64,000 bases of DNA from an uncultured virus (IMG/VR IMGVR_UViG_2811995274_000001) (taxonomy: Duplodnaviria; Heunggongvirae; Uroviricota; Caudoviricetes): IMG/VR virus record IMGVR_UViG_2811995274_000001. One strand, 5' to 3'. The translations under genes and the position numbers were made by a program. Below the pieces are notes generated by a model, which was given only the letters and a program-made list of their open reading frames with translations, ran no database searches and was not told the origin of the DNA. Positions 1 through 7,766 of the stretch are shown here, piece after piece; within the stretch, counting starts at the first letter, position 1, and each line of letters starts with the position of its first letter.

Positions 1-316
1 TTACGTAATTATACATACGTTCTTGTAATGATACGCATTCTTTTAATGCTTTATCGTTAGGGCCAATAATAGCTATTCTGCGAATAGAATTTTTAGTAGT
101 ATTTTTAACTTTATTTTTATTTACATTAGTAACCTTATTACTATTTACAGGATATATGGTTAATTTATAATCTTTTACTTGAATTGCTTGTTTTGCTATT
201 TTGGCCTGTTCATACATAGTATTAAATACTGTATTCATGACTTTATTAGTTAATTCTTTATTTCCATCTAAAACTTCCATAACTTTATTATTTAAAATTG
301 TATTAATATTTAACAT
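1..316 (-). CDS. hypothetical protein, runs off the window edge (MLNINTILNNKVMEVLDG...RIAIIGPNDK...)
   Basis: ATG at 316-314 with RBS AAAGAGGT just upstream; frame open to position 1 (translated by hand). Confidence 0.75.
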   Translation of the reverse strand, partial: MLNINTILNNKVMEVLDGNKELTNKVMNTVFNTMYEQAKIAKQAIQVKDYKLTIYPVNSNKVTNVNKNKVKNTTKNSIRRIAIIGPNDKALKECVSLQERMYNYV

Positions 317-340
317 AGTAAATTACCTCTTTCTTCAATC

Positions 341-369
341 TTGACTTTTTAATTAAAATAAATTAAAAT
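341..369 (+). promoter_or_regulatory. sigma70/sigmaA-like promoter pointing antisense into the 3' end of the RNAP gene
   Basis: TTGACT(341-346)-17 nt-TAAAAT(364-369). Confidence 0.55.
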
Positions 370-391
370 TAAACTAAACTAAAATAAGTTA

Positions 392-414
392 GAGCGACTC
401 ATAAAGAGCCGCTC
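392..414 (-). terminator. hairpin after the RNAP stop codon
   Basis: GAGCGACTC-ATAAA-GAGCCGCTC; the single mismatch becomes a G-U pair in minus-strand RNA. Confidence 0.55.
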
Positions 415-437
415 AATTAATTAAGTTCTTGTACAAC

Positions 438-3400
438 TTAATCATTAAAAAGAGAACCACAAGCAGATTTAAGATCTTTTAATAAAGTACTTTCTTTTGC
501 TTGTGGCTTTTCTTTTTCTAATAAACTATCCATCATTTTTCTCATTAAAGTTGATGGCTTACTTATTGTTTCTTTTTTCACATTTTTATTCTTCTCGTCA
601 ACAATATTCTGATTATTTAGTTTATTTTCCATAGACTGCAATAGTTTAGATTTAGCCTCTACTTTACTTTCTATAACATTACTATCTATCTGAACATTGT
701 TTTCTTGAACAAATTTTATTTCTTCTTGGCTTGCTTCTTTAACGTTGGATAAAATACCTACACAAATATGAGCATTTCTTTTACCTTCGTTTTTGACTGA
801 GCCAGACACTGTAAGAGAAATAGTTCCTCTGAAATTATGATAAAGTTTACGTTCTAATTTACTATTAGAAACTTTAATACGGCCTATTCTAGTAGCTCTA
901 CCTGTTTTATCGATAATAGAATTAATTGTACCATTACCAGTTTTACCAGAAGCTGATAACATAACTTCAGCAGAAACACATAATTCATCAATGTCTGACT
1001 GAAGAACATTTTCAGAATCACTTTTATAATCATTAGTAATAAATAATCTTTGACTAAGATCTACTTCTGGAATTTGAATAAAGTCTTTAATAGGCTTTTC
1101 TATCCATACTTTTTCACCAATTACTTTGTCATATGAATATTTTGTTTTAAAGCTATTTTTAATATCTCCATAATAATTTAGATTTTTATTAGAGAAGCTA
1201 TGAATAACTTTATTTTTATAACATCTTTTAATGATTAATTCTTTTCTAAAAATAAATTCACCATTTAAAGATGCATCTGTAATAACCTTACCTCCTTCTT
1301 TATTGACACCAGTTCCATTAGTAAATATTATTTTATCTCCATCTTTACAATTTTCATAAGACAATACTTTATCTTTAGTCATACATGTTTCTGCATAATG
1401 ATCTAAAATGAATAAAATATATTCTTCTGGTAAAAGTTTTGCAATATAGTTAGTAGCACTAGCATCAAAGTTTATTTCGCCATTTTCTATATTTTCTTTA
1501 GCAACAGCAGCAAATAAACATGACATTTTATCGTCATTATCAACAATGCCTGCTTCTTTGAAGATAATACGAATATTATTAGCCAATACTTTGAACAATT
1601 CATTATATTTGTCATTAATAAATTGTTTTGAAGAAGAATCATCATCTTTAATTGAATTTAATTCTTTTATTTTAAGATTGTTTATATCTCCAAATATTTT
1701 TCTTTGAGAATAAATCGCATCAGATACTTCTTTTTTAATAGGATCTGATAAAGCTGATGATATTAAATTAATTACTAAAGGATCAACTTCTTGTTTTATA
1801 GATAATAATTTTTCAGCAGATTTTTTGATTTCATTAAAACCAGCTATTCTTGCATGCTGAATTATATCTTTTATCATTAAAGTGCTGGCATTATTCTTTT
1901 TATCAATAAAACCTGTATCATCTAAATCGATCACATATTTAAATTTTTGTTCTGTATCGTTCCACAAAATTTTAAAATCAATTTCTTCACGACTTTTTAA
2001 TTGAGCATATGGAGAAACTTCATATGGAATAATAAAATTATATGCATTTTTCACTGAATCAATAGTTAGTTCCTGATACATACGTTCAATAGATTGTAAT
2101 GTATCTAAAACTTTAATAGCATTAGCTATAGATGGTCTCATATGACAAGCAGCATAAATAACATTTTCAGCATATTCAATTGAAACAGTAGTGTATTTTA
2201 ATCCTTCTTTAGAAAAATTGATAGGTGCATATACGCCATCAAAATCTTCAAAATCTTTATCTAAACGACTTCCTGAATCATAAGTTTCATAACCGTCACC
2301 ATTAAAACCAAAAATAGTATAAAATGCATTAAATGCGTTTTCTTTTTCATTATCATTCCCATTCTTTAACAAACGAGCTAGTTCGATGAAAACTTCGTTC
2401 ATTACAGTTACTTGTCCTACATTTTTCATGTCTTCATTCATAGAATATTTAGCAAGCATACCCATACCGAGTGTAGAAGAATACATATGTTTAGACATAG
2501 TATTTGTTGGAGCTTTAATTTTAACAGCTAACATATCCAACTTACTAATAGTATCTACTACAAATTTATCATAGAAGCATTGAGCAGAATCACTATCAAA
2601 ATCTAATCCCGCCATCTGATTTTTTAACAATTCAATAGAAGGAATTACTAATATACCTTCTGAAGAATGACATGCATTAGTTTTAATAAATTCTTTTTCT
2701 ATTAAAGGTAAATTTAATTTATCAACTCTATTACAGTATTCTTCAATAGATACTACTTTGCATAACATAAATTCCTGTGTATGCATTTTAGGATATTTAA
2801 TACATACAAAATATTTAATACCCAATCTTTCAGCATGTGGACAAAGAACTTCAACATATTTTTTACCATTTTCTTCAACAATGCCTAAGATTTTAAGATC
2901 ATTATAAAATGTAGCTATATCAGGAGAAACCATTAAATAAGCACCAGATAAAGGTACAGTACAATTAGATACTCTATTAACAGAGCCTTTAATAAAGTTA
3001 TCTGCAAAAGATCTAAATAAATACTGATCTTTTGTTTTTACATAATTAGGAGCAATCTGCATTGCTATTGTTGCAACATCTAATGATAAATTATTAAAAG
3101 AATCTCCAGATATATTTTTCACCTTTGAATCATCAATAGAATTACGTCTAGACACTTCTTGTTGAACTAATTTATCAGTTAACCATGTAATAGTTCCTTC
3201 AGCATCTGCGGTAATCATGCTCTGAATTAATTGATTAGATGTTTTTCCTCCATCATCAGCTAATTTATCTGCATGACTAAATTTTAATATGTGCCAATTG
3301 GAATCCGTTTTTAGATCCCAAGAAATCTTAAGACCATTTAAATCAACAAAAGCATCGATAATATTATCGTTATCAAATGGATCATAGTCTTTGTCACAAA

Positions 3401-4691
3401 CAATAACAATTTTGTCAGCATAAATACCTTCTCCGTATTTAACTCCTAAATCAAAATTATCTTGAATGTCTTCAGTAATTTTATCTTTATATAAAACTAC
3501 TATTTCTTTTTTCATATTTTTTACTAGATATTTTATTTCTTTTGCCTGAACAAATCTAGCTTTTGTTTTAAACCCAGCAAAAGGTCTATTCTGTGCATGT
3601 ACACCTATTAAACTATCAGAAGTAACAGCATACTTATTTGGTTGTTCAGCATTAATAGCTTGAGCTAAAGATTCAGCAGCACCTAAATGCTCACCGTCCA
3701 TCCATTCGTTACCTTCTTTATCAGCAAATTTACCCATATAAACAGCAACTGCTTTTAAATGGAATTTTTTACTATCCCATAATCCAGTAGATGGTTTAGC
3801 TAATGATAATCTATTTGCGAGGCCAGCTATCTTTTTAAGAGATAATTCTTTTCTTTTATTAAAAATACTTTTATATGTTCCATTAGTATCTTCATAAAAT
3901 CTTTCTTTTAGTCTTTTAACATTACTTGCTTCTGGAATAGTAAGAGTATATGCTTTCATCTGAGAAGCAGATGAAGATTGAAAACCAATAGTTTCGCCAT
4001 TTTCATCTTTTACTAAAGATTTACCTAATGGATACACTAATATACCTAATTTATATTTGTTGTTTTCATCAACAAAATATTTTGCCTTCATTACAGATAA
4101 AGTTTTATATGTTTTAAAACCATTTTTAGTTTCATGTGCAGGACGATCATCAATTCTAATAAAATGTTCATTACCGTCTTTTGTAGACGTATGCAAAACT
4201 ATTCTCATATTTGCAGTACCAGCACCATAAATCAAAATAGCGTGAGCATTCATCATTTGAATAGCACTATTTTTTCCTACTATTTTTAACTGTATTTCGT
4301 CAAAAGTGAATCTTTTTACATGATTCATTTTGCGATTAACTATATCCCAACCACCAATATTAGTATCGGTTTTCTTTTTATTCCAAGTTGCATCTCCAAA
4401 TTGAGTTATTACATATTCATTTTGAATACGTAAATTATGACTCATTCTATTCCATGCCTGAGACACTATACGACAAGAGAAATGTCCTAATAACATTTTG
4501 TTTTCTTTGTTATTGTTTTTAAAATCAGCTGTAATTTCTAAGATATTATAACTTTTGCCTTCTCTTTTTAAGAATATAGCACTGTTCTTTTCAAAATAAT
4601 GTTGATTGTTAAATACATATAAATTTTTCATAGTAGCAGCATCTCCTTCACTAATGTTGTTAATAGTTTTTGTTTCATTAATGTTTTTCAT
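438..4691 (-). CDS. single-subunit two-barrel RNA polymerase, YonO / eukaryotic RdRP-like family (probable non-virion phage RNAP)
   Basis: 1417 aa; ordered motifs WMDG, QNRPFAGFKTKA (cf. QIR..G.KG), IKYP (cf. KNP/RNP), AGLDFDSD (catalytic DxDxD, nt 2589-2603), VGQVT, TIDSVKN (cf. avD.pK). Confidence 0.85.
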   Translation of the reverse strand: MKNINETKTINNISEGDAATMKNLYVFNNQHYFEKNSAIFLKREGKSYNILEITADFKNNNKENKMLLGHFSCRIVSQAWNRMSHNLRIQNEYVITQFGDATWNKKKTDTNIGGWDIVNRKMNHVKRFTFDEIQLKIVGKNSAIQMMNAHAILIYGAGTANMRIVLHTSTKDGNEHFIRIDDRPAHETKNGFKTYKTLSVMKAKYFVDENNKYKLGILVYPLGKSLVKDENGETIGFQSSSASQMKAYTLTIPEASNVKRLKERFYEDTNGTYKSIFNKRKELSLKKIAGLANRLSLAKPSTGLWDSKKFHLKAVAVYMGKFADKEGNEWMDGEHLGAAESLAQAINAEQPNKYAVTSDSLIGVHAQNRPFAGFKTKARFVQAKEIKYLVKNMKKEIVVLYKDKITEDIQDNFDLGVKYGEGIYADKIVIVCDKDYDPFDNDNIIDAFVDLNGLKISWDLKTDSNWHILKFSHADKLADDGGKTSNQLIQSMITADAEGTITWLTDKLVQQEVSRRNSIDDSKVKNISGDSFNNLSLDVATIAMQIAPNYVKTKDQYLFRSFADNFIKGSVNRVSNCTVPLSGAYLMVSPDIATFYNDLKILGIVEENGKKYVEVLCPHAERLGIKYFVCIKYPKMHTQEFMLCKVVSIEEYCNRVDKLNLPLIEKEFIKTNACHSSEGILVIPSIELLKNQMAGLDFDSDSAQCFYDKFVVDTISKLDMLAVKIKAPTNTMSKHMYSSTLGMGMLAKYSMNEDMKNVGQVTVMNEVFIELARLLKNGNDNEKENAFNAFYTIFGFNGDGYETYDSGSRLDKDFEDFDGVYAPINFSKEGLKYTTVSIEYAENVIYAACHMRPSIANAIKVLDTLQSIERMYQELTIDSVKNAYNFIIPYEVSPYAQLKSREEIDFKILWNDTEQKFKYVIDLDDTGFIDKKNNASTLMIKDIIQHARIAGFNEIKKSAEKLLSIKQEVDPLVINLISSALSDPIKKEVSDAIYSQRKIFGDINNLKIKELNSIKDDDSSSKQFINDKYNELFKVLANNIRIIFKEAGIVDNDDKMSCLFAAVAKENIENGEINFDASATNYIAKLLPEEYILFILDHYAETCMTKDKVLSYENCKDGDKIIFTNGTGVNKEGGKVITDASLNGEFIFRKELIIKRCYKNKVIHSFSNKNLNYYGDIKNSFKTKYSYDKVIGEKVWIEKPIKDFIQIPEVDLSQRLFITNDYKSDSENVLQSDIDELCVSAEVMLSASGKTGNGTINSIIDKTGRATRIGRIKVSNSKLERKLYHNFRGTISLTVSGSVKNEGKRNAHICVGILSNVKEASQEEIKFVQENNVQIDSNVIESKVEAKSKLLQSMENKLNNQNIVDEKNKNVKKETISKPSTLMRKMMDSLLEKEKPQAKESTLLKDLKSACGSLFND

Positions 4692-4734
4692 AATAAATAA
4701 CCTCTTTTTGTTTATTTTTTTGTGACCTGACTTC

Positions 4735-4763
4735 TTGACTACCGCTTTTCTCCGTTTTATAAT
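4735..4763 (+). promoter_or_regulatory. sigma70/sigmaA-like antisense promoter (cassette 1)
   Basis: TTGACT(4735-4740)-17 nt-TATAAT(4758-4763). Confidence 0.75.
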
Positions 4764-4775
4764 ATTAATAGAACA

Positions 4776-4812
4776 TATGGAGAAGCAGTGAAATAGTCAC
4801 TACTCCTCCATA
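4776..4812 (-). terminator. 16-bp stem hairpin downstream of small peptide 1
   Basis: TATGGAGAAGCAGTGA / TCACTACTCCTCCATA; both mismatches are G-U in minus-strand RNA. Confidence 0.65.
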
Positions 4813-4823
4813 CATAACAAATT

Positions 4824-5003
4824 CTATTTCTTTAAAGTTATGTGAAATAACAATTTAGTTAATTCAACTTTAACTTCAAGATGGTTGAACTTATTATGTT
4901 TTGTTGTATTATCTACTATTATTAATAGCATGATTAGACATACCATTGTAAAAATAGTAAAGACAAATAAAACAAAAAGTTCTATCAATCTTACTATGTC
5001 CAT
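4824..5003 (-). CDS. small membrane peptide 1 (59 aa), type I toxin-like or leader peptide
   Basis: RBS GAAAGGAGATGATTCCA-ATG; one long hydrophobic helix then a basic C-terminal tail. Confidence 0.7.
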   Translation of the reverse strand: MDIVRLIELFVLFVFTIFTMVCLIMLLIIVDNTTKHNKFNHLEVKVELTKLLFHITLKK

Positions 5004-5029
5004 TGGAATCATCTCCTTTCGGACATAAC

Positions 5030-5064
5030 AAAAAGAACCTCATGTGCGGATAAGGTTCTTTTTT
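5030..5064. terminator. bidirectional intrinsic terminator
   Basis: AAAAAGAACCT...AGGTTCTTTTTT. Confidence 0.7.
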
Positions 5065-5092
5065 ATTTTCTTAAGGTGTTTCAACCATATTG

Positions 5093-5740
5093 TTATTTAT
5101 TTAAATCAGAATTTAAAGCATATATTGCTTTACGAATATTGTGTTCTGTCTCGATTTCCTCATCTAAATCTTTTGAATTATGATAATTTTTGTATAATTC
5201 TAATGGTAAAGAAACAAAAACCTTATCATCATCTTTTGTCCCTAAATACTCAGCAAATCTATTAGCGTCAATCTCAAGTGGACATTTATCATATAAAGAA
5301 AAATAAGTATTTCTATTATCATCTATCATCCACCACATATATTCTTCTTTTAAATTATGATATTGCCAATGATGTCTTAGTTCATGCAGTACTAAAACAA
5401 TAAATATTTCTGTATCAGTACTTAAACATACTATAGCTGTTTTTCTTTGTTTTACTATATTTTTTAAATTGAATCTAATTGTGCAAGTATCATAAGAATA
5501 AGTACCACAAAAGGCTTCATTTAGTTCTTCATCTAATATTAATTTGGGTACATTAAGTCCATATTTTTTACAAAAAGATTTAGCAATTTCATCATAAATA
5601 TTTGTCATTAATTCTTCTGTAAGTTCTTCATCTTTTAAATCATTAATTAGTTTATAAATAACTTTAAAGAATGAACGACTATATACAGATACTCTAATTC
5701 TTTTTATGATTGTTCCTATAAATGATAATACTTTTAACAT
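5093..5740 (-). CDS. HExxH zinc metallopeptidase-like protein A (~215 aa)
   Basis: HELRHHWQY plus downstream PLEIDANRFA; start moved to ATG 5740 because of RBS AAAGAGGT. Confidence 0.75.
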   Translation of the reverse strand: MLKVLSFIGTIIKRIRVSVYSRSFFKVIYKLINDLKDEELTEELMTNIYDEIAKSFCKKYGLNVPKLILDEELNEAFCGTYSYDTCTIRFNLKNIVKQRKTAIVCLSTDTEIFIVLVLHELRHHWQYHNLKEEYMWWMIDDNRNTYFSLYDKCPLEIDANRFAEYLGTKDDDKVFVSLPLELYKNYHNSKDLDEEIETEHNIRKAIYALNSDLNK

Positions 5741-5758
5741 AATAAAACCTCTTTCTGA

Positions 5759-5787
5759 TTGATTTTTATTGTTCCATAGCTTAGAAT
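5759..5787 (+). promoter_or_regulatory. sigma70/sigmaA-like antisense promoter (cassette 2)
   Basis: TTGATT(5759-5764)-17 nt-TAGAAT(5782-5787). Confidence 0.65.
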
Positions 5788-5803
5788 ATAAATATATACG
5801 ATA

Positions 5804-5830
5804 GAAGGAGAGGATTACTCCTCTCTCTTC
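5804..5830 (-). terminator. hairpin whose loop contains the stop codon of peptide 2
   Basis: GAAG-GAGAGGA-TTAC-TCCTCTC-T-CTTC. Confidence 0.55.
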
Positions 5831-6000
5831 CAGCAACAATTACAGTTGCATTTGTCATTATCAAATTCAATAGTAAACGATGGGTGAACAAGGTCTACAC
5901 TGAATTTAAAATGACTAGAAGAAAAGTCATTCCATAGTAGTATTAGGATTAATACTACAAATAGAATGGCTTTCATTCTATCGTATCTTTTATTGTGCAT
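5815..6000 (-). CDS. small membrane peptide 2 (61 aa), type I toxin-like or leader peptide
   Basis: RBS GAAAGGAGGTGATTCCA-ATG; KRYDRMKAILFVVLILILLW..SSSH; paralog of peptide 3. Confidence 0.7.
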   Translation of the reverse strand: MHNKRYDRMKAILFVVLILILLWNDFSSSHFKFSVDLVHPSFTIEFDNDKCNCNCCWKREE

Positions 6001-6040
6001 TGGAATCACCTCCTTTCAGTAAAAGATACGAATATTATGA

Positions 6041-6514
6041 TTATTTTATTAATTTATCTATTGAATTAGATATGCCAACAACTACATCAAATCCGTCAGC
6101 AACACTATTTGACGTATATACAGTAATTGTATTAGTTTCTTTATCAAAGCTAACACAATTACTACCTGTATTAAAATTAACATAATATTCTTTGTAATGT
6201 TTTATACTTTTATATGTTAAATCTGGACATTCTCCTTCTACGATGATTATAGTTGAAGTTTCAATATTTTTATTTTTCAATTTTGATTTACAATCAACAA
6301 TAACTTTTGCTATAGACTGAATCTCTTTATTATTAATCATTCTGTCTGTATTGCAATAGCTATTCTCTAATACAGAAAGAATGTTTATATAATGATTTTG
6401 CAACATTAATTCTTTAGATCCTTCAGAATTAATATTGGCAGTTTTGCAACCACTTAAAACAATACAAACCATAACGATAACCATAACAATAACTTTTACT
6501 AATAAATTTTTCAT
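6041..6514 (-). CDS. lipoprotein (~157 aa)
   Basis: start ATG 6514 with RBS AAAGAGGT; signal peptide MKNLLVKVIVMVIVMVCIV followed by lipobox LSGC. Confidence 0.75.
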   Translation of the reverse strand: MKNLLVKVIVMVIVMVCIVLSGCKTANINSEGSKELMLQNHYINILSVLENSYCNTDRMINNKEIQSIAKVIVDCKSKLKNKNIETSTIIIVEGECPDLTYKSIKHYKEYYVNFNTGSNCVSFDKETNTITVYTSNSVADGFDVVVGISNSIDKLIK

Positions 6515-6556
6515 AATAAATAACCTCTTTCTTTTAAATAAAATAATAATAATGAT

Positions 6557-6585
6557 TTGACCTTTTAAACTTAATAGCGTAGAAT
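6557..6585 (+). promoter_or_regulatory. sigma70/sigmaA-like antisense promoter (cassette 3)
   Basis: TTGACC(6557-6562)-17 nt-TAGAAT(6580-6585); shares ATAGCnTAGAATATAAATAnATAC with cassette 2. Confidence 0.7.
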
Positions 6586-6609
6586 ATAAATACATACAGA
6601 AGACTAGTA

Positions 6610-6635
6610 AGGAGCCAATTATAAAACTGACTCCT
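6610..6635 (-). terminator. hairpin downstream of peptide 3
   Basis: AGGAGCCAATT-ATAA-AACTGACTCCT; mismatches are G-U in minus-strand RNA. Confidence 0.55.
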
Positions 6636-6648
6636 CATTAATGTTAGC

Positions 6649-6795
6649 TTATTTATCGAATATTAAATGTAATGTTGATGGTCCAACACTAATTTCAAAT
6701 TCGATATGACTAGAGCTACAGGTTAAATAAATCACTAGTGCGATAGCGACTATAAAACTTATAGCTATTAGTCTTCTGTATCTTTTAAATCTCAT
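6649..6795 (-). CDS. small membrane peptide 3 (48 aa; not in the ORF track)
   Basis: hand translation MRFKRYRRLIAISFIVAIALVIYLTCSSSHIEFEISVGPSTLHLIFDK; RBS GAAAGGAGGTGATGCTT-ATG. Confidence 0.75.
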   Translation of the reverse strand: MRFKRYRRLIAISFIVAIALVIYLTCSSSHIEFEISVGPSTLHLIFDK

Positions 6796-6831
6796 AAGCA
6801 TCACCTCCTTTCAATATGTGTACATAAAAAA

Positions 6832-6893
6832 TTGACCTCTTTTTTTAATAGATATATACTTAAATAAGATATAAACTATTAAGAAAAGAGGTC
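6832..6893 (+). promoter_or_regulatory. promoter embedded in an 18-bp inverted repeat
   Basis: TTGACC-17 nt-TATACT (6832-6860); IR arms 6834-6851 and 6876-6893 with 1 mismatch. Confidence 0.6.
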
Positions 6894-6900
6894 TTATAAC

Positions 6901-7221
6901 ATGTTTGATAGAATTTTAGATAAAATATTTTCAAAAAATGTTAAACCAGATAAAAATGTTAATTATCCAGAACGATATACTATATGTGTCATGGATAAAG
7001 AAATAAATAAAAAAAAGAAACCTCTTAAATTAAGCGATTGGCTCAAAATATATATTTTTCTCAATAATTTTGAGCCAAAACGTCCGCCAAAGATTTACAA
7101 GCATCCATTAAAAAACCTTGTTGATAAGCCTGTTCGACCTTTTCGATTGGCAAAATATCAAAAACTTCACCGTTATAAGATTCCTTATTGGATGCAAATA
7201 ATCGAGCGTCAATCTCAATAG
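6901..7221 (+). CDS. basic hypothetical protein, convergently overlapping peptidase B
   Basis: own promoter and AAGAGGT RBS; 161-nt overlap with 7061-7522. Confidence 0.45.
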   Translation: MFDRILDKIFSKNVKPDKNVNYPERYTICVMDKEINKKKKPLKLSDWLKIYIFLNNFEPKRPPKIYKHPLKNLVDKPVRPFRLAKYQKLHRYKIPYWMQIIERQSQ

Positions 7222-7522
7222 GAGCAAACCAATACAATTCTTTATATAATTCATCATAATGGTCCATCCACCACATATAATCTTTATGTCTATGAGTCCA
7301 TTGCCAATGATGACGAAACTCATGATGTAGAGCATTAAAAAACTCTTTTTGACCATGCAATTTATTAGGATCTAATAAAATTACATGATTTAAATAATCG
7401 TAATGTCCGATATATGGACCTTCTTTTTTACCTAATACTAATTTAGGCAAATTAGTATTATATTTTATTGATAAATTTATTAATTCTATGTTTAAAGCTA
7501 ATTTAAGTCTAAATATTTTCAT
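7061..7522 (-). CDS. HExxH zinc metallopeptidase-like protein B
   Basis: HEFRHHWQW...PIEIDARLFA; paralog of 5093-5740. Confidence 0.75.
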   Translation of the reverse strand: MKIFRLKLALNIELINLSIKYNTNLPKLVLGKKEGPYIGHYDYLNHVILLDPNKLHGQKEFFNALHHEFRHHWQWTHRHKDYMWWMDHYDELYKELYWFAPIEIDARLFASNKESYNGEVFDILPIEKVEQAYQQGFLMDACKSLADVLAQNY

Positions 7523-7554
7523 AAAGATTACTTCCTTTCTTTTTTAATTAAATA

Positions 7555-7563
7555 TGTTATAAT
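7555..7563 (+). promoter_or_regulatory. extended -10 antisense promoter (cassette 4)
   Basis: TGTTATAAT; -35 weak. Confidence 0.5.
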
Positions 7564-7581
7564 GTTTATGTGGATAATTAG

Positions 7582-7609
7582 AAAAGGGCGATGCTACCGA
7601 CATCGCCCT
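7582..7609 (-). terminator. intrinsic terminator after peptide 4
   Basis: AGGGCGATG-7 nt-CATCGCCCT, followed by a T-run on the minus strand. Confidence 0.7.
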
Positions 7610-7616
7610 ATACCAA

Positions 7617-7766
7617 TTACTTAAACCATATCTTGATAGCATTAGTTGCTATTTCGATATGATCTATCATCAAAATTTTTATAGCTATTGCTACTCCAAT
7701 AACAAATGAGCTAATAAAAACTTCAATGGCAATTGGTTTTCTAAATATCCATATGAATTTTTCCAA
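7617..7766 (-). CDS. small membrane peptide 4 (49 aa), type I toxin-like or leader peptide
   Basis: RBS GAAAGGAGATGGTACCC-TTG; hydrophobic core IAIEVFISSFVIGVAIAIKILMI. Confidence 0.65.
   Translation of the reverse strand: MEKFIWIFRKPIAIEVFISSFVIGVAIAIKILMIDHIEIATNAIKIWFK

Noticed and set aside
438..4691. True RNA-dependent RNA polymerase activity (RNA replicon or RNAi-like system)
   Set aside because: The characterised phage member of this family (YonO) is DNA-dependent and the context is a dsDNA phage; it cannot be formally excluded without assays
5044..5265. Short opposite-strand ORFs in the track (e.g. 5044-5265, 2386-2574, 6000-6185 and many minus-strand ORFs inside structural genes)
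   Set aside because: They lie antisense to well-supported genes, lack an evident RBS and have the composition of shadow ORFs
5741..5839. Longer N-termini in the ORF track (5839, 6595, 7853, 8952, 59694)
   Set aside because: Downstream starts have clear RBSs, and most extensions run through promoter/hairpin elements or neighbouring genes
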